DNA of 64,000 nt from Cetorhinus maximus. Lineage: Eukaryota. The position numbers and the translations under genes were made by a program. Of the stretch, positions 38,561 through 51,054 are shown piece by piece; position 1 is the stretch's first letter, and every line of letters begins with the position of its first letter. The notes under the pieces were generated by a model that saw nothing but the letters and a program-made list of their open reading frames with translations, searched no databases and was not told where the DNA came from. The stretch spans positions 110,360,001 to 110,424,000 of the forward strand of contig NC_135889.1 in the NCBI RefSeq assembly GCF_964194155.1, in the 5' to 3' direction.

Positions 38561-41420
38561 AGAATGCAGTTGTGAGCTCTTTAGTCCCTTCTTTGGCTAA
38601 CAGTGCCAATTGCTCCAATGGAAGCAGTTCTCAGAGGCGATATAAAATGACATGAGCCATCCGGTATCTTGATTTGGCCATGAACTCAGAGCATACGTGC
38701 AAAGATGGACTTGAAAGAAGTGGCTAGTGAGATAGTTGATTCACTTTTAATTTTCCAAAATTCCCGAGAATTGGGGAAGGTTCCATTAGATTGGTAAATA
38801 ACAAATATAACTCCTTTATTCAAAACTCCTTTATTAGCGAGACTTGCTAAGGCTAGGCTCCAATTTCCACTTCGAAAATGACTGTTTTTAGGCAAGATCT
38901 GCACTCCATCTACAATGGTTAAGCAAATGAGGTGACTCACAAAATCTCTGGTGGGTTCAGGTCTGTAGAGCAACAACAGGCACAAATTTGGCACAGCTCA
39001 TTGTTTGGAATTCTGGGGCTTGCATTCTTGGCCTAGTGCTCTGTCTAAGCAACAGAACTATACTCATTGATGGTCCACCTTCGAGTTTGTATTACTTTAG
39101 ATATTGTTTCTACATAATTAATACATAATGGCAGTGCCCCTTTTCAAAACAGTCTGCTGGTATAAATCAAGTCCTACTCATCTTGCAAATACAACTAATC
39201 AATTTTCTACAGGGCGAGTTTTGGTGGCTAAATGCACTGGCCTTTCAATGAGACATGGGGTCCAATACAGCTCAGAGTGCTAGAAAAAGCAATTCTTTAT
39301 TTTATACAAACCATTGCAGTCAGCATAAAAGTTATGGAAGACAGTCAGTTATAATTTATGCAAATAAAAAGTGCAACAAGAGAAAGAGAGCCGGCCCTGT
39401 GGAAGCATCCCAAAACATTCCTTTTTAAAAAAAAAATACAGATTGTTCAGACAGGATGCACATGTTGCATTTCCAACATTTTAATGATTTTAACTGTGGA
39501 GTGTAGCACTTTCAATAACGAAATGCACATGTCTGTGAAACCTTCAACGATCAGCACAATGAGAACTCAAGGTAGGAAGAATCAAGTTTGAAGCACTTCC
39601 TATCAGACCGCAGAGGTTTTAAAACATGCCTTGTTAGCACCTGTAAAAATCACAAAGTCCATTCAGCCTCCTAACACCCAGCTGGTACTTATACACTGGG
39701 CCCTTATTTAATGTGAACACTTATTTTCAATAATTTTGGAAGTCTCAAACTTTGGGTCAACTAACAAGGCAGCCAATTTCTTTTCTCTTCCTGCATTTAC
39801 ATTCCTGATTCATGTGTACTGTTTGATTTCAAAATCATCTTAAATATCAAATGTCATGGAAAATTGGGCAAGTTAATACTTCATAATGTTCCCATCCTCA
39901 CTAACTACCCAGATCCATCCTATTGCTGGATTTCTGATACTGAGAATGATGTGTTCCAGCCACACACAATATGCCTTTCTGCACTCTAGTTACTTCATCA
40001 ATATGAATGGAGATCCTTTTTGGATAAGCTTTGCCCACTGGCAATCAGACTGTAGAAATTCACCCTTCTAGGCAAATTCAAGAGTTGGCTATCAATTAAG
40101 GCTGGCATTCAAATTCAGCTCTTTTAGTTACAATTGTTTTCATTGTTTTAACCCACAATGCTTAATTGGGGATTTCTGATAGATCTTCAACACCTAACAA
40201 AAACGTTCCCTTACTAATCAATGTAAGAGGGCAAGAAGGAAAGCTTTGCTGACAGATTTAAGTCTACATGTTCCAAAAGACCATAGCCAGAACTTTGCGC
40301 TCCCCCACCGGAGGGTTTTAGGCAGGTGGGGGGGGGTGGTTGGTGGAAACACATGAAGTTGAAGGGACGGGATTCCCTCCTGCTTCCCGCCTGTCCCGCT
40401 CATAGTGATTTTATGTTGGGGCAGTCAAGCCCTCGGACAGGAAACTCAACCTTGTCCCAAGGGCCGTTTCCTGCCCAGCCTCAATTTTTAGGCTGGCAGG
40501 AGGATTGAAGCTGCGTAGGGGAAGGCTGAAAATCATCAGAGTTACATCTCAGGCAGGAAGCAGCAGGTGACCTCTCCTCCTCACCCCAGCCTCTTCCCTG
40601 AGGCCATGATCGACCCCTTCACCACCCCCCCAAGGTCTTCCCTATTCTCCCTGCCCCAGGACCCCTTGAACTTACCTGGGCCTCCAGTGCTCAGCCTTAG
40701 TCTTGGGGTGTCCTCCTGAATTTCTTTAGCCAACTGCAGCACTGTCGCAGCAGGGGCTGGAGAGCTAATGGCCAATCAGATGGGCAGAAGTTCCGCCTGC
40801 AGCCACTTAATGCTCATTCGAGCACGAAACAGCTGCGGGGCACTTGGAGTCGGTGGGGATGTGTTCCCCACTGACTTTTCGGATGAAGGCAGGAGAGCCC
40901 CCGCCATCCAAAAAACTCAGGCCTGTGTAAAATCATCACACTGATGGATTAGTAACATGAGAAAAATTAATAGATTTCTTCTTGGTCACCAAAAGGCAAA
41001 AAAAAAAACCCAACACTCCAGAATACCAGCCTGTCTGTTTCTTGCTTTTCGTATAATGTGTTTACATTTCATGAAATCAGATTAATGTACTTCTCTGCTA
41101 TAAAAGTGAATGCCGTAGGTTTCAGCAACACAACTGGTGGCAAGTCGCAAAACCACCAGCGAGTCTGACATTATTATTAATCACTGTACCGGCTCACTTC
41201 AATGTAAAGTGCAGGGACAGAGCTTGCTGACTACAAAATTGTAGTGATGCTGGGAGATGGCACGGAGATACTTCTCTTTTAAGAAAGCGGTGGGGGGGGG
41301 GGGAAGAGGAGGAGAAAGCAAAACTGATCCAGAGGAACACAAAAACTAGGGATGAGAGCAAAGTGAAATTGAAGAGAATTCACTGACCCATGATACTTAT
41401 GCAAATAAATACCATCAGAT

Positions 41421-41826
41421 CATTTATTTTCTTTCATGGAATGTGGGTGTCGCTGGCAAGGCCAGCATTTGTTGCCCATCCCTAACTGCCCTCAAGAAGG
41501 TGGTGCTGAGCCACCTTCTTGGACTGCTGCAGTCCATCTGCTGCAGGTACACCCACAGTACTGTGAGTTCCAGGATTTTGACCCAGCAATAATGAAGAAA
41601 TGGCAACGTAGTTCCAAGTCAGGATGGAAAGTAGCTTGGAGGGGAACTTGCAGATAGTGGTTCTCCCACGCGTCTGCTGCTCTTGTCCTTCTAGGTACTG
41701 ATTGAGGGTTTGGAAGGTGATGTTGAAAGAGCTTTGATGAGTTGCTGCAGTGCATCTTGTATATGGTACACACTGCTGTTACTGTACATTTGTGGTGGAG
41801 AAAGTAAATGTCTAAGTTGATAGATG
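41421..41826 (-). mobile_element. LINE family A 3' fragment in the TMEM177 3' UTR (sense orientation)
   Basis: AVCTIYKMHCSNS peptide and family tail. Starts ~18 nt after the TMEM177 stop. Confidence 0.85.
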
Positions 41827-41843
41827 AGGTGCCATACACTAGT

Positions 41844-42779
41844 TTACATCCAGCAATCTTTCAGAGTATTTTCAATCATCTCTTTTCTGGAAGTATATGG
41901 AGCATGTTTTAGTCTGAACCAGTGTTTTGGGAACAGGTTTCCATTTGTTGCATACATTTCCACTCCTTTTTTGCCCAGCAGAGAACGAAACGTTCTATTT
42001 CGTGCAAGTACTTTATCATAAAACTCAATGCCTCCCTCCGCATAGTTCTTTGATATTGTAGCTGTGTGGCGGTCTGATTTGTAGTCAAGCCAGTGACTAA
42101 CTGCATCAGAAAGAAGAAAATAACCCACAAGTCCTATTGCTGCTACAGACAGGTTATAAAAGCCACGTAATAATAGAGGGCCAGAGTAAAGGCCAAGGGC
42201 TTGTTTTGCTGCCAGCCCAGTCAGATATGTGCCTGCTAAACAGGCTGATCCTACCAGTGAATGAATGATGGGGCTATTACTCTGCAAATATATAATCTCT
42301 CTTGCAATGGCAAACTTCTGTGCGTCAGATGAGAAGGTGAGGGATTCTCGGAGGGCTTTTCCAACCTCACTGTCCCACTTGACGTCCCTGCCATTGATCA
42401 TGACAATTCGATTAGTTATCCCTTTCCCTTCGTCATCTGTGCTATTGAAATTGGCAGGGATGCCAATGATGGCACCAGCTGGTAACCAAGGAACGCCCGC
42501 ACTCACTGGCTGAAAGCTGAAGGCAGCAAACGCTGTGTAATTCTGTGTTGAATCCACTCCGGCATCTTTAAGCACCTCTTGGAAAGTATCCTGCAACTTG
42601 TCTGAAAGCTGAGCAGGGACTCCTCTTGTCCAAGCTTGGTACAACTTTCCATATGTCCGCTGGGGGAAAACATGACAGAAGGCATTGGCAACAAACAGCC
42701 CTCCACAGGAAACAGCCAGCAATTTTATTCTATGCTTGCTGGCAAATACAGTAAGTTTCCTTACAAACCGACTTGCCAT
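41844..42779 (-). CDS. TMEM177: Transmembrane protein 177 (mitochondrial inner membrane, COX20-associated), single coding exon, 311 aa
   Basis: Recognised motifs: FQEVL.D.GV, FQPVSAG.P.LPAGA..GIPA.F, AQKFAIAREIIYL, GGIEFYDKVL..N...RSLLGK.G...Y...GN..P.H.FRLKH.PYT.R. Acceptor TTTTCTCTTACAG lies 29 nt upstream of the ATG (exon starts at 42808). Confidence 0.97.
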   Translation of the reverse strand: MASRFVRKLTVFASKHRIKLLAVSCGGLFVANAFCHVFPQRTYGKLYQAWTRGVPAQLSDKLQDTFQEVLKDAGVDSTQNYTAFAAFSFQPVSAGVPWLPAGAIIGIPANFNSTDDEGKGITNRIVMINGRDVKWDSEVGKALRESLTFSSDAQKFAIAREIIYLQSNSPIIHSLVGSACLAGTYLTGLAAKQALGLYSGPLLLRGFYNLSVAAIGLVGYFLLSDAVSHWLDYKSDRHTATISKNYAEGGIEFYDKVLARNRTFRSLLGKKGVEMYATNGNLFPKHWFRLKHAPYTSRKEMIENTLKDCWM

Positions 42780-43109
42780 CACCCAAATGTATATAGGAAC
42801 TTGTCTACCTGTAAGAGAAAATATAATATTCAGCCATGGGCTAGTGCATATACCAAATACTTTAAATAAAAAATTCAAAATTTAAAACCATTAAACTAGG
42901 GGAGAAAAACAAAGCCATTCTTAAGTAACACTTTCCTGTAATTTCCTACCTTTATGGCTTTCAGTCTAGCTCACAATTAAAATAAATTTGAGCCACAGTA
43001 TCAGTAAAAATGCTGGGAGCAATTAGCTGCAGACACATTCTGGCAGATCTTTGGCAACTGCATTTTTTACTCTGTCAAACAAGATGATGCACGATTTTAC
43101 TTGTTCAAG

Positions 43110-43970
43110 ATGCTGAGAGGATGTTTCCCCTCATAGGTTAGAACTAAAGACACTTTAAAAATAAGGGGTCTCCTATTTATGACTGAGATGAAAGGTGCCT
43201 GGATAGGCACCTCAAGTGTTGTAACCTGCAGGTCTAAGGATCAAATGCTGGAAAGTGGGATTAGGCTGGGCGGCTCATTTTTTGGCCGCGCAAACACAAT
43301 GGGCCAAGTGGCCTCTTTTTGTGCTGTAAACTTTCTATGATTCATAAGGTGAATCTTTCACTCTCAGAGGGTCGTTAGTCTGTGGAATTCTCTTCCCCAG
43401 AGAACAGTGGATGCAGGGTCATCGAATCTTTTTAGGGCTGAGTTGGATAGATTCTTGATTGACAAGGCAGTCAAAGGTTATCAGGGGTACATGGGAAAGT
43501 GGAATTTGAAACACAAACCAATCAGTCATGATCTTTTCAAATGGTGGGGCAGGCTCCAAGGGCTGAATGACCTACTCCTGCTCCTAATTCATGTTTGTAA
43601 GACAACTCGCTCATTCCAGGTATCAATCTAGTAAGCTTTTTCTGAACTGCCACCAATGCATTTACATCTACCCTTAAATAAGGAGACCAAAATTGCAAAC
43701 AGTATTCGAGATGCGGTCTCAACAATGCCCTGCATAACTAAGCATAGCATCCTTACTTTTACGTTCAATTCCTCTCGTAATAAAGGATAGCATTCCTTTA
43801 GCCTTCTTAATTACTTGCTGTACCTGCATATTAACCTTTTGTGTCTCGTGCACTAGAACACCTAGATCCTTCTGCACCTCGGAATCCTGCAATCGTTCTC
43901 TGTTTAAGTAATACCCTGCATTTTTATTCTTCCTACCAAAGTGAACAACTTCACATTTTCCCACATTATA
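43110..43970. mobile_element. Two opposed CR1 3' fragments in the TMEM177 intron
   Basis: A plus-strand tail ends at ~43598. The minus-strand piece has RPHLEYCLQFWSPYL and KCEVVHFGRKN. Confidence 0.8.
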
Positions 43971-44264
43971 TATGTCTGTTTGATGCAGGGAAAGAAAAAA
44001 TACAACTGCAGTTCCATTTCCACAAACAGGCAGTGATTTGCCATTTTTCTAGTTGTATGTGGATGAATATCCTCAAAAAATCCTTTACACTGCTTGTAGT
44101 AGCTACACCCAGTTTGGCACAGATTTACGACTTGAAAATTAGGAAAAAAAAAGTAGCTGCTCAAAACTATCGGCGGACATGGAGGCCAACAAATAGAACT
44201 CAGTGCATATGTTCAAAGTCACAAATATCTACTCCTGGTCAGCCTACCACTGTAAACTTGAGCT

Positions 44265-44700
44265 AATCCAAAAATCTGCTGCCTGCATTTGAACTCGGAC
44301 CATGCCCCCGACCCTTGTGCTCACTGACCGAGTTACTCATGGTTAAGTAACGCCTCAGTTTTAAAATTCTCATCCTAGTTTTCAAATCCCTCCCATCTCT
44401 GTAATTTCCTCCTAAAACAACTCCCGCTCCTTGTGCTTATAAAATTCTAGCCTCTTGAGCATCCCTGATTTGAATCACTCCACTATTGATGACCATGCCT
44501 TCAATGGCCTAGGTCCTAAGTTCTAAAATTCCCAACTCTCTCCACCACTCAAAATATTCCTTAAAACCTACCTCTTTGACAAAGCTTTTGGTCATTTAAT
44601 CATCTCCTTACGTGGTTTGATGTCAAATTTTGTTTCATAACGCTCCTGTGAAGCATCTTGGGATCTTTCATTACATTTAAGGCACAAGTTATTATTGCTC
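44265..44700 (+). mobile_element. L2 3' fragment
   Basis: CAAAAATCTGCTGCC...TTTAAAATTCTCATCC...AAAACCTACCTCTTTGAC, as in the other L2 copies. Confidence 0.7.
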
Positions 44701-45076
44701 CAGTCTGCAATGCTCTGTTTCCCTGATTAAAGCTTTGCAAGGAGCCAGTATAACTTGGCATGGTCCACTTACGCTTTAGAGGAATGCAGGGAGTGTTACA
44801 GCACAGAAGCAGGCCATTCGGCCTATCGTGTCCATGCCAGCTGAAAAAGAAATATCCAGTCTAATCCCTTGGTTTGTAGCCCTATAGGTTATGACACCAC
44901 AAATGCATATGCAAGCTTTAAATGCAATGAGTATTTCTCCCTCTACCACCCGTTCAGCCAGTGAATTCCACACATCACCACACCACATCCCGCCTCCCCC
45001 CACCCACCCAACACTCTGGGTGAAAAATAATTCCTCAGCGCCCTCTAACCCTTCCACCAATTACTCTAAATCTATG

Positions 45077-45490
45077 ATAAAAGCAAAATACTGCGGATGC
45101 TCAAAATCTAGAACAAAAACAAAAAATACCTGGAAAAACTCAGCAGGTCTGACAGCATCTGCGGAGAGGGATACAGTTAACCTTTCGAGTCTGAATGACT
45201 CTTCACCAGAACTAAGGAAAAATAGAAAAGGGATGAAATATAAGCTGGTTTAAGTGGGGGGGGTGAGACAGATAGAGCTGGATAGAGGGCCAGTGATAGG
45301 TGGAGATTGCCAAAAGATGTCATAGACAAAAGGACAAAGAGGTGTTGACGGTGGTGCTATTAGCTAAGAAATGTGCTAATGGGGACATTAAGGGTAGAAA
45401 GCAGGACGAGCAAGGGACAGGTAGCCCTAGTGGAGGTGGGGTGGGGGATCGAAATAGGCTAAATGGTAGAGAAAAACCAATGGATGGAAA
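45077..45490. mobile_element. Penelope-like terminal repeat inserted in a minus-strand CR1 (44790-46070)
   Basis: TACCTGGAAAAACTCAGCAGGTCTGACAGCATC family sequence, collinear with 26041-26360. Confidence 0.8.
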
Positions 45491-47309
45491 TACATCCTTC
45501 CTATCCTTCCCTCAAGACCTCTCAGTTCTTTTTTTACACTCAAATAGGTCTCCCCTCAGTGTCCTCTATTCCAAAGAAAACAAAGCCCAGCTCATCCAAT
45601 CTTTTCTCACAGCCAAAATTCTCCATTCCTGGCGACACCCTCAAATCTCCTCTGTACCCATTCTAGTGTGATCACATCCTTCCTGTAATGCTGTAACCAG
45701 AATTGTCCACAGTACGCTAGTTGTGATTTAACAAGCATTTTACACAGTTCTCCCTGCTCTTTTATTCAAGGGTTGGCCAATAAAAGGAAAGTAACTCGTA
45801 TTGCTTCTTGACCATCTCATCTACCTGGCCTGCTACCATCAGCTATCTGTAGACATACACACCAAAGTCCCTTTGTTCCTCCACACTTTTCATAGTCCTA
45901 CCATTTATTGTGTATTCCATTAGCATGTTTGTCCTCCTGAAATGCATTACCTCACAGTTCTCGGGGTTCAACCCCATTGCCCACTTTTCTGCCCAACTGG
46001 CAGTCCATTGGTGGCTTCCTGTTGTCTATGATTTTCTTCCTTACTATCAACCACACAGCCAATTTTCATGTTATTTGTATGCTGGTTTAGTCTAAATCAT
46101 TAATCACTTCTGCCCAAATGCACTAAATTACTGCCAATAGTATAATTGTACCACAATGGGACAGTTACATTATCACTTCTGCATCAATGTGAAGTGCATC
46201 AGAAATCAATCTACAAAGAACTGACAGCATCTGTCAAGTTAATTCCACTAAAGCCAAGTTATGTGAAACCACCTCAATGGAATGGATCTGCACCACTTAG
46301 ATGAAACTATAGCCTAGTGAGAAGTCAAGGATGGTTTCATAGCTCTAGGCCAACATTAAAATGTAATTGAAGACTAGGGGAAGGGAATTGGGATCTGCCA
46401 GCTCATCATCACATACAGGCAATGATAGTAAACTATTACCTATAGGATAACCAACTCATAGACATTGAATCATGTGGACTGCCCAGCCCACTAGGGAGCA
46501 GTCAGGATGCGTTTAAAATGTGCAGTGAGCTGAGGACATATTGCATTCATGTCTGCTGTGCAGTCAGAGAGCTTACTTAGTCTGGGACTTCACATTTCCA
46601 GAGACAGTTTTAATCCCCTGGATATTACAAGACTGAATACATTTTTAAAAAAAATGTTATTCACAGAATGTGGGGAATCACTGTCAAGGCCAGTATTTAT
46701 TGACCATCACTAACTGACCTTAAGAAAATGGTGGTGGGCCATGTTCTTGAACCACTGCAGTTCTGTGTTGAAAGTACTCCTACAGTGCCTTTAGGGAGTT
46801 CCAGGTTTTGGCCCAGTAACAACAGAGGAGCTGCGACATAGTTCCAAGTCAGGATGGTGTGTGACTTGGAGGGGAACTTGCAAGTGGTGGTGCTCCCATG
46901 CCTATAATTGGGAAGAGGATTCTGGAACCTGGAGCACTGACAAACACATTTATACTGTGGTTACAGACCTAGTCAGGTTTGAAACCAGTCCTCCTAAAAT
47001 AAATGCAGCTGTGGGCTTTATGAATGAGAGATTTTATATGACTATGTTTTGGAATGCTCTGTCTCTGGAATTCAAAGTAAAATGGAGGAATGAAGAGAGT
47101 CATCTGATCTGCTAGGAGTTCCACCTGACAACAAACTTGTGTGGCTTGGTTACCATGAGGGAGGGCGGGCCAGGTCAGAGGCGATCAGAACCTACATGCT
47201 GTATTTCACACCTGAAATCAAAGGCAAGAGCAGCTGGGCTGATTGCAAACGGACTTTCGGTCTCTGAAATTTTGGATAGAGTGAGAGAGACAGGTCTCAG
47301 AGACAGAAG

Positions 47310-48280
47310 GCCGCAGCCAGTGCAGATAAATGGGTCATTCTCAGGATGGCGGGCTGTTACTAGTGGGGTACTGCAAGGATCAGTGCTAGGACCACAGCTG
47401 TTTGCAATCTATATAAATGATTTGGATGCGAGGACCAATTGTAATATTTCCAAATTTGCTGATGCCACCAAAGTGTAAATTGTGAAGAGGCTGCAAGGAG
47501 GCTTCAAGCAGACTTGGACGCCCAAAGTGAATGGGCTAAAACATGGCAGATGGAATATAATGTGAATAAGTGTGAAGTTATTCCCTTTGGTAGAAAAAAC
47601 ACAAAGGCAGAATATTTCTTAAATGGTGGGAGGTTCAGAAGTGCAGATGTACAAAGGGAGCTGGGTTTCCTTGTTCATGAGTCACTAAAAGTTAGCATGC
47701 AGGTGCAGCAAGCACATGGTATGTTGGTCTTCATCGCAAGGGGATTTGAGCATAGGAGTAAAGAAGTCCTGCTGCAGTTGTATAAAACCTTGGTGAGACC
47801 GCACCTAGAGCACCGTGTACAGTTTTGGTCCCTAAGGAGGGATATACTCACCAGAGGGAGTGAAATGGAAGTCACCAGCGTTTTGAAGAATGAGGGCTTA
47901 ACTCACTGAAACTTACAAAATTCTTAAAGGGCGTGACAGGGTGGATGTAAATAATATGTTTCCTCTGGCTGGTGAGTCTAAAACCAGGGGACATAATCTC
48001 AGGATAAGGGGTAGGCCATTTAAGACTGAGATGAGGAGGAATTTCTTCACTCATAAGGTGGTGCATCTTTGGAATTCTCTACCCCAGAAGGCTGTGGAAG
48101 CTCAATTATTGAGCATGTTCAAGGCAGGAATACATAGATTTCTGGAAACTAATGATATCAAGGGATAAGGAGATAGTGCAGGAAAGTGGTATTGGGATAG
48201 ATGTTCAGCCATGATCTAATTGAATGGCAGAGCAGGCATGATGGCCTGAATAGCCTACTCCTGTTCCTATGTACCTATGT
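47310..48280 (+). mobile_element. CR1 3' ~1 kb (RT C-terminal half)
   Basis: [20 protein letters not shown] and LVRPHLE motifs, plus a CR1 tail. Confidence 0.92.
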
Positions 48281-49849
48281 GCAGTCAGCAGAGTGGAGAA
48301 GCCAGAGCCTCCTTGGCAAGGTACCAGGCAGAATGCAGGTGGGAGAGATGGTGGTCTCTGGTCAAATAAATGCATCCTGTGGCATTCTAAAGGCTCTGAA
48401 AGACTTGCCCTGCTGAGGCCAGGGGCAAAAATCGCCAGAGTGGACTTTACTTCTGGTAGTGCTTTCAGGAATTTTCAAAGCAGGAGGAAAGCACCTTTTG
48501 ACAGTCACAGGACATTATAACTTGGCAAAGTAGGGAGACATAAACCCATTGGAATCTGGGAGTGGCTGTGAATGGTTTCCTATAAAGACTGCAGTTGGAA
48601 GGATATGCATGGGGTTATTGATCACATTAAAACATTAATAAGGGCAATCTTTTCCTAAACTACCTATTTATTTAACCTAACATTTAAGGGTATTAGTTGC
48701 CTACTAAGTAATGTTTAGTCAATGTTGCTTTTAGTTGGTTTCTTACAGCAAAAGTCTTAAAGATTGAGATCTTGTACAGTTCCTTTAAATTGGTCAATAG
48801 GAATTGCAATATCATTTTAAAAGTTCTTGATCTCGATGGAGAGCTTCACTTTCCACATCCAACTGCAATTCGGAGATCGAAAGCTCATGTGTGTTGACAG
48901 CCCCTCGAGCCAGTTCCACAATTCGATTAGATCACGCTTGATCTGTATCTCAACTCCATTTCTCCATCTACACATCATACCCATTGATCCCCTAACCTAA
49001 CAAAAGTCTATCAAACTCAGGCCTGAAAGCTCCAATTATCCTTGCATCCACAACCTTTTGAGAGAGTTCCAAATTTCTACTACCCATTGTGTGTATGCGT
49101 TTGTGGGTGTGTGTGGAGGGGGGAGTGGGAGGACAAACATCTCCTGATTTCACTCCTAAATATCCCCACTCAATTTTAAGGTCATGTCCCCTTGCTTTTC
49201 ATTTCTTCACCATAGTTTCTCCATATCTACTATTCACATTTGAAACAGCTCAATCAAATCACACTTCAATCTTGTTTTTATTACTGGCTCATGGGACCCG
49301 GGGTCACTGACAAGACCAGCATTTATTGCCCATCCTAATTGCCCTTGAGAAGGTGGTAGTGAGCTGCCTCCTTGAACCACTGCATTCCACCTTGTGCAGG
49401 TACACCCTCAGTGCTGTTAAGAAGGGATTCCCAGGATTTTGACCCAGTGGTGAATGGACGGGCAATACAGTTCAAAGTCAGGATGGTGCAGGGTGACCAA
49501 AGTTTCCATAAAATACAGGATCATACCTTATTTGCACCATTCATCCTAAGTTGCCTCCATCTGGGACGCTGTTAGTCATGTATTCTGCATCAGTGAAATT
49601 TGTGCATGCACTGCATGTATCACGATCTCCTCCCAGCAGCTTGGCACCAGCAACTGATACACATTCCCCACCACCCCTTACAGTCGTGGCACCCCCCAAC
49701 AGGTTCAGGCCGATTCCAAAGCATCCCTTAAATTTTTCACCAGGAGTTGGTTACCCCCAGGGTGATGTGTGGCTTGGAGGGGAACATGCAGGTGGTGGTG
49801 TTCCCATGCATCTGCTACCCTTGCCCTTCTGGGTGGCAGAGGTCGAGGA

Positions 49850-50670
49850 TGCGGTGGAAGGAGGCCTTAGCGATAGACTCAAGCCTAGTCTTCGCCGCCT
49901 GTCATCGGGGCAATTGGAACCCCAGCATCATCCCTCTGGGCGGACCTGCACTGCGCCAGCTGCAGCTTTAACTCCAGGCCCCAGTCCATAAAAGGAGCGC
50001 GGGGACCCAAACGAGCTCCTTGGGAGACACGCATTCATGAACGGAGAAGTTTTTTTTCTTCAAAAACGAGCGGCACCGGGTGCAGCAAAACCAGACCCAG
50101 GGCTGGTGTCCCGGGACCTCTGGGGCCTAGTCGGCATCTACAGCCTGAGCCCACCCACCCAGAGACCGAGACTGACTCACTGAACACCCGGGCCTGAGAC
50201 ACCACACTATCAAACAACCTGATCGTTACCCACATTCTCACCCCCACGCAACCCCCCCCCCCAAAACACTAATTTGCTTTCCCCTTTTTACCTCCGGCTC
50301 CAGGAAACCGCACAAGCAGACTCACGTCGCAACACGGTCCACTTTACGCTACTTCCCAGCAGCAGGAGCCGTTGCTCTCGAAATACGGCAGGATTTAGGT
50401 CACGTGCGCCCCCTCCCCCCCTCCTCCGCGCCGCCATCTTTGTGAGGTCAGAGGCTGGTGAACGAGAGGTCGGGTCAATGAGCAGCCATCTTTCTAAGGA
50501 CAAGAGCCAACCAGTGCGAGGGTGGCTCGATGAGCGGCCATCTTTGTAAAGTCGATGGCCAACGAACGAGATGGTGCCTCAATGAGCGGCCATCTTTGTA
50601 AGGTAAAGTCCATGAGCAAGCCCATGAACTGGTTTGTAGAGTCAATGAATGACCATTTTTGGATGAGCTT
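49850..50670 (-). promoter_or_regulatory. TMEM177: CpG island promoter and first exon of TMEM177
   Basis: The main non-repeat CpG-rich block upstream of the coding exon. It has repeated GCCATCTT (YY1-type) motifs, a GTCACGTG E-box at 50399-50406, a GC-rich box, and a minus-strand consensus donor GAC|GTGAGT at 50326/50325. Confidence 0.75.
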
Positions 50671-51054
50671 TTTTTTGGACCCTCTTGCTGGTATTGAGTT
50701 ATTTGTTGGAATTGTCAAATAAAACAATATAACGTATAGAAAAAAAATGACAATTTTTGTAGAGTTAATATGTTACAGTGCATCGAGTGGGAGGAATTAG
50801 TAAATAACCATTGTAAAATATGTTTTAAGAATTAATTTTATGAAGTAGCATTGGTGCCACACAAATGCCAGGCAATGACCATTTCCAACAAGAGAGAATC
50901 TAACCATCTCTGCTTGACATTCAATGCCATTACCATCACTGAATCAATCACTATCAACATCCTGGGGATTACCATTGACTAGAAATTGAACTGGAGCAGA
51001 CATATAAATATTGTGACTACATGAGCAGGTTAGGAATTATCCAGCGAGTAACTA

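Noticed and set aside
42809-42878. MNFLFKVFG... start of the 344-aa TMEM177 ORF
   Set aside because: Non-ATG start lying upstream of the splice acceptor; this is intronic read-through.
50431-50660. CRISPR-like repeat-spacer array
   Set aside because: Vertebrate DNA, no cas genes, and the spacers are partly homologous to each other. Reported instead as a degenerate tandem motif array.
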